A stretch of DNA of 64,000 bases, from the NCBI GenBank assembly GCA_017889545.1, contig JAGFZV010000014.1:12086-76085 (forward strand), written 5' to 3'. Of the stretch, positions 48,139 to 56,770 are shown one piece after another. Source of the stretch: Bacillota bacterium (GTDB lineage Bacteria > Bacillota > Negativicutes > CTSoil-072). The first letter of the stretch is position 1; each line of letters starts with the position of its first letter. The translations under genes were made by a program, and so were the position numbers. Below the pieces are notes generated by a model, which was not told the origin of the DNA, did not search any database, and worked only from the letters and a program-made list of their open reading frames with translations.

Positions 48139-50943
48139 ATGAAAGTTGAATTATTCCCGTTTCAGAAAAAGGCAGTAACCAACCTGCGTATGAAGGCAGC
48201 TGAGGCACTGGGCAGTTACCGGCGCACCCATACCCCGCAGGTAGTTTCCCTGCAGGCGCCTACTGGTGCCGGAAAAACGCTCATCATGGCCGCCCTTGTT
48301 GAAGATATCTACTTTGGTACAGACCAATATGCCGAACAGCCGGAAGCTATCTTCATCTGGCTGTCAGACTCTCCTGCGCTCAACGAGCAATCCAAGCAAA
48401 AATTCGATTTGAAGGCGGACAAGATTCGCTTTGGTCAATGTGTCACCATTGATGATAAATCCTTTGATATGGAAATACTGGAGGACGGGTACATCTATTT
48501 CCTCAATACGCAAAAGTTAGGGAAAGCTGGTAACCTTGGCAGACGTTCTGATACCCGCCAGCACACCATATGGGAAACACTGGAGAACACAGCAAGGGAG
48601 AAAGCCGACCATCTGTACTTTATTATTGATGAAGCTCATCGCGGTATGCAAGGGAAAGAGGCCGGAAAAGCGACATCCATTATGCAGCGCTTTTTGAAAG
48701 GAAGTATGGAACATCATCTGTCCCCGATGCCGGTTGTCATCGGCATCAGCGCCACAGCTGCCCGGTTCCATAACTTGGTGGGCGATACTAATTCCACTCT
48801 GCAAAAGTGTATTGTAACAGCCAACGAAGTGCGTGCTTCCGGTCTGCTGAAAGATCGGATTGTCATCACCTATCCAGACGATCCGGAAAAGAACAACGAA
48901 ATGGCTGTTCTACAGGCCGCCACGGATGAATGGAAGTTAAAATGCGACCATTGGTATCAATACTCATACGAACAACATTATGCACAGGTTAACCCGGTCT
49001 TTGTGATTCAAGTTCTCGCCGGAAGCGGTAAAAACGTTTCCGATACCAATCTGGACGATGTGATCGCCAAAATCGAGGAACGGATCGGCACCCAATTTAA
49101 AGAGAATGAGGTAGTACATACCTTTGGCTCTACTTCCACACTGTCGATTAACGGTCTGAAGGTGCATCATGTGGGGCCGTCTGAGATTACGGATGACAAA
49201 CGCATCCGTGTGGTGCTGTTCAAAGAAAATCTCTCTACAGGCTGGGATTGTCCTCGCGCAGAAACCATGATGTCCTTCCGCCATGCAGAAGACGCCACAT
49301 ATATTGCACAGCTTCTTGGCAGAATGGTGCGCACACCGCTGCAGTGTCATATCCTCGTGGACGATTCCCTAAATGATGTGCGTTTGTTCCTTCCCCATTT
49401 CAACATGAACACTGTCAAGAATGTGATTGATGAGCTGCAAAACACCGAAGGCGGAGAGATTCCCACTGTGATCGACGGAGAATCCATGGATCAGCCGCTC
49501 TATGTTCCATGGACAGTTCATCCTTCTCGGCACAGAAACAACCAGCCGATAGAGGGACAGATAAATTTGTTTTCGCAATCGGGAAACGCTGCTACAGAAG
49601 CTCAGCCTTCTGATTCTCAGGAGCTTAATGCTGCAAATGGTTATGCCACAACTGAAACGACAGATATCCCCCACAAACAGATCCATCCGCAAAGTGATCC
49701 GACCCCTATGTTCCTGGTCAAAAATGACAAAGAGAAGACAGACGAGTTCGTTTCGGACACCGGCGTTCAGATGAAACTTCCGAACTGCTATCTTGATAGA
49801 GAAGAAATTACGAAATTTATCAATGATCAAGGATTGCTGACTTATTTGGTTCGTTCGGTGAGGATCAACAGCTATCTGAAGTCCCTTCTGAATCTTGCCA
49901 GCCTGCTTACACAGACTAATATTTATCGGGACGCAACCGATGAAGTTAAAGATGATGTTACAAGCATGATTCGGTCCTATATCGATGCACTGCACACCAC
50001 AGGAAAATATGATGAGCTTGCTTCGCGTGTGCTTTCCTTCAAGCTGTCTGTCCGCATCTTTGATGTGTTCGGAGAGCCCCTTGACCGCGGCATTATTCAC
50101 GATTTCTTTACTGCTTCCGAAAGCGACCTCGACCGGCAGTTGCGTGCGGCCGATGCAAAGATTGGCGGTTACGGATTCCCAAATGTATACGGAAATAGGT
50201 ACTGCGACAACGATGACCCCAGCGTTTTCAAGGTCGATTGTATCTTGTTCGCGGCTGATGATGACTGTATAGCGAAGCTAAACAGGTACGCGAAAAAGAA
50301 ATTCCATGGTTTGAACGACCAATATCGGAAATATGTTGTCAATAAATCCGAAAAGTACAAAAAACAGTATAGCGATATCATTGCGGACAGCGATGTCGTC
50401 AGTAAACATAATTTCACCCTGCCGGAAACGATCAATGTCCGAATTGAGAAAGTTGGCAAGGAGTATGATAACCACTTGTTTGCTGACGAAAAAGGCATTG
50501 CCGTCATCAAGCTCAACGGTTGGGAAGAAGGTGTTTTGGAAGAAGAAGCAAAACGACCGGATTTTGTTTGCTGGCTTCGAAACCCGCCGCGTGAGAAATG
50601 GTCTTTGTGCATTCCATATGAAATCAACGGAGAAATCAAATCGACCTATCCTGATTTTCTGATTGTAAGAAGCGACCCGATTCTTACCTATGTCATTGAC
50701 ATTCTGGAACCGCACAATCCGGATTTCAAAGACAATCTTGGCAAGGCTAAAGGCTTTGCAAAATATGCGGAATCAGAGCCTAAGATCGGGAGGATTCAAC
50801 TGATTCGTACAGGTAAAGACCCGGCAGGAAAAATACGTTTCAAACGTCTTGACCTGTCACAGGGAGCAGTGCGTGACAAAGTGCTGAAGGCACAGAATAC
50901 CGACGAGCTCGACCATATTTTCGAAACGGATGGTATTTTTTAA
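48139..50943 (+). CDS. res: Type III RM restriction subunit (Res)
   Basis: APTGAGKT, IDEAH, SAT, GWDCPRA, QLLGRMVR, C-terminal YPDF..ILEPH. Confidence 0.9.
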   Translation: MKVELFPFQKKAVTNLRMKAAEALGSYRRTHTPQVVSLQAPTGAGKTLIMAALVEDIYFGTDQYAEQPEAIFIWLSDSPALNEQSKQKFDLKADKIRFGQCVTIDDKSFDMEILEDGYIYFLNTQKLGKAGNLGRRSDTRQHTIWETLENTAREKADHLYFIIDEAHRGMQGKEAGKATSIMQRFLKGSMEHHLSPMPVVIGISATAARFHNLVGDTNSTLQKCIVTANEVRASGLLKDRIVITYPDDPEKNNEMAVLQAATDEWKLKCDHWYQYSYEQHYAQVNPVFVIQVLAGSGKNVSDTNLDDVIAKIEERIGTQFKENEVVHTFGSTSTLSINGLKVHHVGPSEITDDKRIRVVLFKENLSTGWDCPRAETMMSFRHAEDATYIAQLLGRMVRTPLQCHILVDDSLNDVRLFLPHFNMNTVKNVIDELQNTEGGEIPTVIDGESMDQPLYVPWTVHPSRHRNNQPIEGQINLFSQSGNAATEAQPSDSQELNAANGYATTETTDIPHKQIHPQSDPTPMFLVKNDKEKTDEFVSDTGVQMKLPNCYLDREEITKFINDQGLLTYLVRSVRINSYLKSLLNLASLLTQTNIYRDATDEVKDDVTSMIRSYIDALHTTGKYDELASRVLSFKLSVRIFDVFGEPLDRGIIHDFFTASESDLDRQLRAADAKIGGYGFPNVYGNRYCDNDDPSVFKVDCILFAADDDCIAKLNRYAKKKFHGLNDQYRKYVVNKSEKYKKQYSDIIADSDVVSKHNFTLPETINVRIEKVGKEYDNHLFADEKGIAVIKLNGWEEGVLEEEAKRPDFVCWLRNPPREKWSLCIPYEINGEIKSTYPDFLIVRSDPILTYVIDILEPHNPDFKDNLGKAKGFAKYAESEPKIGRIQLIRTGKDPAGKIRFKRLDLSQGAVRDKVLKAQNTDELDHIFETDGIF

Positions 50944-51082
50944 TATCGCTATCATTTCTGTCGATAATTTGTCATAACAGCGTTCGTGCAGCATTGTGTG
51001 GCATCGTGAGAAATTGTTGCCTCATATTATCGGGCATTCTGCTGTATCGAAGTCTTTTTTCGAAGAAGACATTGACACTCAG

Positions 51083-51469
51083 TCAAACTTTTTTACTCAT
51101 CTGAAAATCATACACAAAATACACAAAATGCCAACGAAGCAATCTTCCTAATGTTGCGTTGGCATTCTGTTTGTCCACAGGGATGACCGCAATGCATTTC
51201 CGATACATGGATTGTTTTCGTCCCATTTTTTTTGCAATCACATTGCATCCTTTAGAAATAAACTTCCAAATCCCCGTTGGTGGATCACAGAGTTGCGTGT
51301 AAGAATGAGCGCAATACCTGCATTGCCACACATATTCCACAGAATTTTCATCTACTTTATTAATTACTCGGTATGCGTCCCTTCGCTTGCAACATTTGCA
51401 CTTCAACGAATCATTGAAATAATAGAGCACGAACAGGAAGGGAATCACACAGAACAGATAAAACAGCAT
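51083..51469 (-). CDS. Hypothetical protein with an N-terminal TM and CxxC pairs; 3' end uncertain
   Basis: CKCC...CRYC; the 3' end overlaps a copy of the island motif. Confidence 0.4.
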   Translation of the reverse strand: MLFYLFCVIPFLFVLYYFNDSLKCKCCKRRDAYRVINKVDENSVEYVWQCRYCAHSYTQLCDPPTGIWKFISKGCNVIAKKMGRKQSMYRKCIAVIPVDKQNANATLGRLLRWHFVYFVYDFQMSKKV

Positions 51470-51502
51470 ATCATTACCACCCGCTTTTGATATCCCCCCC
51501 TG

Positions 51503-52156
51503 CTAATTAATTAATTTGTTCTTGCTTCCTGATTTGTCAATCTCCGATTGCAAATTATCCGTAATTTTACCACAATCACGGAACTGAACTATGCTTTGCG
51601 CCACGGTATTGTACAAGTCCTGTGTTCCCATTCCCGTCGCCGCATAATTTGCTGCTCGATTTGCATTGATCCCAAGGTTTTGCGCTTCCCTCACTGCATC
51701 AATATTGGCACCAAGAAATAGAAACTCCCAGCTATATTTCTCCTGCTGATGGGTAATCATCCGCTGAATCTTTTTGTAGGAAAACTCCTTGCTCGCGTTC
51801 TCCTTACCGTCGGTGATAATAACAACGATGACTTTTTCCGGTCTTTCGCTCTCGTCTAATCGGTTCAATCTCGCACCAACATCATTAATCGTCATTCCCA
51901 CTGCATCTAATAATGCGGTTGAGCCACGGGCAAAATATTCCTTGCTGGTAATAGGCAATATTTGTTTGATATTCAGACCATCATGCAGAATCTCGTATCT
52001 GTCATCAAACAAAATGGTCGTCACCTTCGCTTCACCCGATGTCTTCTTCTGTGTTTCCAAAAATTCATTATACCCGCCAATGGTATCTGCTGTTAAGGCA
52101 TCCATGGAACCGCTTCGATCCAAAATAAATACGATTTCCGTTAAATCTTTTTTCAT
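51503..52156 (-). CDS. vWA domain protein
   Basis: MIDAS DRSGS, GSTALLDA, ITDGKEN. Confidence 0.9.
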   Translation of the reverse strand: MKKDLTEIVFILDRSGSMDALTADTIGGYNEFLETQKKTSGEAKVTTILFDDRYEILHDGLNIKQILPITSKEYFARGSTALLDAVGMTINDVGARLNRLDESERPEKVIVVIITDGKENASKEFSYKKIQRMITHQQEKYSWEFLFLGANIDAVREAQNLGINANRAANYAATGMGTQDLYNTVAQSIVQFRDCGKITDNLQSEIDKSGSKNKLIN

Positions 52157-52380
52157 GCTTTTCTCCTCCTAAATACTACCTCAAAATACGTACTAGCTGG
52201 CAACTTCTTCCCGTAACGATCGCATCGGTTCGGCTTTTTCGCCTTTTTTTAATCTGTATGACGAAACTATTAACAACAATATACGACATAGCTAAACCCT
52301 CCTCACTTTTGGTATTCAAGTTACTGTTACCAAAAATAAGAAGGGTTTTGTGCGTTTCCAATTAAACGGTATGATGCTGT

Positions 52381-52824
52381 TTAATTATTCTTCGTTACAA
52401 CACACCCTATTAAGTCAACATAATTAGCGTCCACACGCGTAACCAAACCCTTTATTTCTACTGATTTTCCTGCATTTAGTTTAGTAATAGAATCTTTTTG
52501 TTTATCAGTAAAGAAAAACCGAACATATACATTAGATTTTATTCCCTTTAATTCCCATACCTCATAAGGAAATTCATCGTTAAGTGATTTTCCAATATAT
52601 TCTGGTTTGGTTATTACTGTAATTACTTTATTATTATATTTCTCTTTTGCCATCAACGGATTTTTTTCCACCTCAGAGCTAACTACATAAGAAGTATGAG
52701 TTGCAACACTGGGTGTACTTTCAATTTTCGCATTATTCGCGGAATTTCCGCATCCGGTTAATAGAAAAACAAACATGAATACAAACAACAATTTTATGGC
52801 ACGCAAACAAAACACCTCTCTCAA
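52381..52824 (-). CDS. Lipoprotein with an OB-fold (tRNA_anti-like) domain
   Basis: Lipobox LLTGC, N..AKEKYNNKVITV, GKSVEIKG. Confidence 0.65.
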   Translation of the reverse strand: MREVFCLRAIKLLFVFMFVFLLTGCGNSANNAKIESTPSVATHTSYVVSSEVEKNPLMAKEKYNNKVITVITKPEYIGKSLNDEFPYEVWELKGIKSNVYVRFFFTDKQKDSITKLNAGKSVEIKGLVTRVDANYVDLIGCVVTKNN

Positions 52825-53138
52825 TTTATTGAATATCTGACTTTTGCCCGATAAATTAATGATAAAACATTCTATATTTTTATTTTCTCTGATACCCCAT
52901 TATTTAATAGGTACTCTCTCGGAAACCCGATAAATTATGATAAAGGCTATTTCCCTTGTTCTTTTTGAGTTTCTCGCAAACAATAGGAAGCAAATGATCC
53001 TAAATATGAAACTTTAAGAAAACACTGGACAAATTCATATTGTTTCAATAGTTCCGATAAATGCTCTTTTTAGCCAATCCTTCGCAAAAGTGGTGATTTT
53101 TCATCCGTTGCTCCCCATTTTATGTATCACAATGAAGT

Positions 53139-53861
53139 CTATGCCATGGACGCTTCAAAGTCACCTTCATCGCTTTCCGTTACAATATCATTTTCATAAC
53201 ACGATCCGATCGGATTATAAAAAGCTATCGCTTTTGAACCTACATATTTAGTTAGCAACTTATTTGCACCGGATGAAATAATCACACTAATCCCAAAGGG
53301 TGCGGCTTTCAGTGCTGCTTTTTGAGTAAATGTTATACCAACTTGTTTGAATATTTGTTTAACTCCTTGTAAGGTAGTACCCGATAAGTACTGCTTGATC
53401 ATGTTACAAAATGCTTTATTTCCAATGTTTTTAAATCCGTTTTTCCCAAATTCATTAATAGCTCCCAATCCGGCAACCATGAAACATATCATTTTCTCTT
53501 CTTCATTTGTAATATCACGACCATAAATACTGGCAATTGCCATCACCATTTCAATTTGCCATTTCATACATAATGCTGCATCTGCAGTACCTCCACCCAA
53601 AGTAGAGACAAGAGTTCCTAATCCGGGAACAATTCCAGCTAAAGCCGTAACTCCGCCTGAAAACGCAGTAAAATACGAGTAATTTTTTATAATATGTTCG
53701 CACATTAATGCTTGGATTTGATCTTTACTTTTTTTCCCTCCATATTTTTCATAATACTGATTTTCCATTGCTATAACTTGTTTCTTGATATCGGCAGGAT
53801 TTGATACAATCATTTCAACTGCCTTAAGTAATAAAGGCTTATCCTGAATAACCTCTTCCAC
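53139..53861 (-). CDS. EcsC-family protein
   Basis: GGVTALAGIVPGLG, QIEMVMAIASIYG, PFG. Confidence 0.75.
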   Translation of the reverse strand: MEEVIQDKPLLLKAVEMIVSNPADIKKQVIAMENQYYEKYGGKKSKDQIQALMCEHIIKNYSYFTAFSGGVTALAGIVPGLGTLVSTLGGGTADAALCMKWQIEMVMAIASIYGRDITNEEEKMICFMVAGLGAINEFGKNGFKNIGNKAFCNMIKQYLSGTTLQGVKQIFKQVGITFTQKAALKAAPFGISVIISSGANKLLTKYVGSKAIAFYNPIGSCYENDIVTESDEGDFEASMA

Positions 53862-54021
53862 TTTTACACCCCCCTTGATATTTTCAGTGTCAATATGACA
53901 CTTTTAACTTTAATTTTCTATACATTAATCCACTTTCCTGCAAAAAAATGTCTAATCGCCACATATATTGAAGTTTTCTTTTCACGTATGTATCGTTACA
54001 GTCAGGGGAGTGTGGCGAAAT

Positions 54022-54345
54022 ATGAATGGCTTGGGCAGTCGAATTAAGCAGGCTAGAGGATGTCGTAGCCAAGAAGAATTGGCATCAATGGTCAATGTGG
54101 ATCGGACAACTTTGGGGTCTTGGGAAATAGGGCGCAGAGAGCCTGACCTTGATCACTTAGTTCAAATTGCTGATATTACTGAGGTTAGCTTGGATTGGCT
54201 TGCAGGCCGCGACAAGACTTCACCGGCGCAAACAAAAATATATAACAGCCCCGAATGGCGATCTATCATAGATTATTCTATTGTTAATCAAGTTGCACCA
54301 GAAAAACTAATGACATTATTAAAAGCCGCTCTTTCCTTGAAATAA
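54022..54345 (+). CDS. XRE-family HTH regulator
   Basis: SQEELA..VDRTTLGSWEIGRREPD..VSLDWLAG. Confidence 0.88.
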   Translation: MNGLGSRIKQARGCRSQEELASMVNVDRTTLGSWEIGRREPDLDHLVQIADITEVSLDWLAGRDKTSPAQTKIYNSPEWRSIIDYSIVNQVAPEKLMTLLKAALSLK

Positions 54346-54375
54346 AAACTTGGAAAGAAAGCGGCTTTTTATTAT

Positions 54376-54569
54376 TCAAATAACAACGATGACTTTTTCC
54401 GGCCTTTCACTCTCGTCTAATCGGTTCAATCTCACACCAACATCATTAATCCTTATTCCCACTGCATCCAATAACGCTGTTGATCCATGAGCAAAATATT
54501 CCTTTTTGGTAATTGGCCGTACCTGTCTGATATCCAGACCATTATGCAAAATCTCGTATTTGTCATCAA
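54376..54569 (-). pseudogene. Internal fragment of a vWA gene (DDKYEILH...PEKVIVVI)
   Basis: Clear nucleotide and protein similarity to the middle of 51503-52156. Confidence 0.88.
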
Positions 54570-55123
54570 GGGTGAAATAGGTAAAAAGAAAGCAGATCAT
54601 GGTTGACGCCATGTCTGCTACAAATGATTTTTTGTTTATAAAAACATGCACAAAATACACAATATTAATTACTCACCATGGGCTAAAATAAAAAGGCGCA
54701 TCAGATGTTTCCTGTAACACAGATTCACCAGTATGAAATATTTTTGTGTATTTTGTGTATGGATTAGTCCATTAAAAATTTTCAATATGTGCTTTTACGA
54801 AAAGATCGTCGAATCGCCCATCCAAACAGAGAGCCTGCATCTTTATCACCCTTCCTTTGTTATGAATTCTAGCTTGAACACCCTGAATTATAACGGAAAG
54901 GTGATTTTTTTGTATAACTTTCGTTTCCGCACCCGCATAGCGGGCGGTTTATTGCGGAGCGCAAAGCAACACGCTCCACGGGCTAAAGCCAATAATGAAA
55001 AGAGTCGCCATTGCTAACGTATCAGTATTTACATAATGCTGACACGTCATTTTTTTGTATTTTGTGTTTCTTTTTATGGACGAATAACCAAAACTAAGCA
55101 GGGAAATGACATGATGGTAAGAA

Positions 55124-55852
55124 TTGTATAAGGAAAGTTGCAATATTCTACTAATGTTAGGAAGTGATGCCAACGTGACAACAGCAATTGCCAACCAAAA
55201 TGATCTTGTCAATAATTGCGATAAATTGATGAACGATATATCATTTCGGCTCGAAGTGGTTCGATCTTATCAGAAGTCAATTAACATGAAATTGGCCGGA
55301 GAATTTAACGTATTTAAACTGATGAACCCAAATGAAAATACATTATCGGATGTCCTTGCTGATATGCTGAGGCCCGATGGTACACATGGACAAGGCGATG
55401 TTTTCCTAAAGCTTTTCTTATCCCGCTTGGGCTTTGCAAACCATCCCTCTACAGTTAAAATTAATGTTCGGCGAGAAGTGCCAACTAATAATATACTTAA
55501 CTCAGAAAGACGGATTGATATACTAACTGATTTCGGCGGCCAATACGGGATCGGCATAGAAAATAAACCATGGGCAGCCGACTTGTCCAATCAGGTTGGC
55601 GATTACTGTTCCCACCTGGACAAGCTTTATGGCGATAAGTACATGTTCGTATATTTGCCACCGTATGATCGCGATCCAGACAATGGGTCACTCCATAAAC
55701 TAGACTTGCTGAAGCAACGTAATGGGTATTGTTGTTTATCATATAATTCTGGATTAAAAAATTGGATGGAAGACTGCCTGAAAGAATGTAAGGCAGATAA
55801 ATACCGTTGGTTCTTGCAGAACTTTATCGAATATGTGGAAAATGAATTTTGA
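55124..55852 (+). CDS. PD-(D/E)XK nuclease (PDDEXK_4-like); start uncertain
   Basis: ENTLSDVLA..P.GTHGQGDVFL, RRE, RIDIL, IENK, QVGDY. Confidence 0.85.
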   Translation: MYKESCNILLMLGSDANVTTAIANQNDLVNNCDKLMNDISFRLEVVRSYQKSINMKLAGEFNVFKLMNPNENTLSDVLADMLRPDGTHGQGDVFLKLFLSRLGFANHPSTVKINVRREVPTNNILNSERRIDILTDFGGQYGIGIENKPWAADLSNQVGDYCSHLDKLYGDKYMFVYLPPYDRDPDNGSLHKLDLLKQRNGYCCLSYNSGLKNWMEDCLKECKADKYRWFLQNFIEYVENEF

Positions 55853-55866
55853 AGGAGTGACCTAAG

Positions 55867-56463
55867 ATGAATTCAGATAAAGACGTGATCATAAATTATT
55901 TTTTTGAAAAAAATTCAGATGACAACATGTACATTGCATTGACGCTCGGCTATAACATTACAGACTTAAAGATTAAAATTATTAAGGATTTTTGGAATTC
56001 ATTAGAACAACATCTACGTTTATCTCCAATGCTTAAAAATATTAGTGATTGGCAAATACAAAATGATTTTCAGTCAGATTTTTGGGGCAAACGCTACAAT
56101 GGGTTTCGCATTTTAAAAACCGGTTGGGCTGATGGTTATGCAATCGAAATAAATGCAGATTTAGGTAATGTCAACGACCTTTGCGTCGGTGTAAAGAAAC
56201 CAACAACTGCCCACCCGCTTGATAATCAAGTCCTTAGAAACAAATTAGACGAAAAAATGGGAATTGGCGGCCCTATTGCAGAAGACGGAGTATGGGAATG
56301 GTGGAAGGCACTCGATAATAAATGGCGCTACTGTGATAATGCGGATACCATGATGAGGTTATATCAAAAAATAGAAGGCGTTGAGTATATGGCAGAAAAA
56401 ATGCTAGCCATTCTGAACGTCTCTGAAGACTATCTTGATAAAACCGGTATAACAAAACCATGA
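55867..56463 (+). CDS. Hypothetical partner of the nuclease
   Basis: RBS AAGGAG, starts 14 bp after the nuclease stop. Confidence 0.6.
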   Translation: MNSDKDVIINYFFEKNSDDNMYIALTLGYNITDLKIKIIKDFWNSLEQHLRLSPMLKNISDWQIQNDFQSDFWGKRYNGFRILKTGWADGYAIEINADLGNVNDLCVGVKKPTTAHPLDNQVLRNKLDEKMGIGGPIAEDGVWEWWKALDNKWRYCDNADTMMRLYQKIEGVEYMAEKMLAILNVSEDYLDKTGITKP

Positions 56464-56516
56464 TTGGCTGTCTATAATATCGTCATCTTGCTCAAAAATG
56501 ACTTGTCATCAAACGA

Positions 56517-56737
56517 TACTCCCCGGACTGGGCAATTTCGTTTAAGAAAGGCGCAGTGAAGCATATCTTCTTCATCGCCGAAACTAAAGGGACGATGGGC
56601 AGTCTTGAACTCCACCCGATTGAACAGGCGAAGATCTCCTGTGCCAAGAAGCTGTTCAACGAGATTTCCACCACCGAGTGAAGTACCACGACGTGGACAG
56701 CTACCAGAGCCTGCTCGCGGTGATAGAAATGCTGTAA
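56517..56737 (+). pseudogene. 3' remnant of a second type III Res gene
   Basis: YSPDWAISFKKGAVKHIFFIAETKGTMGSLELHPIEQAKISCAKKLF, then a frameshift, then KYHDVDSYQSLL. Confidence 0.8.
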
Positions 56738-56770
56738 GTAAAGTGATTCTGCTCTCAGGAGGGCCGAAAA

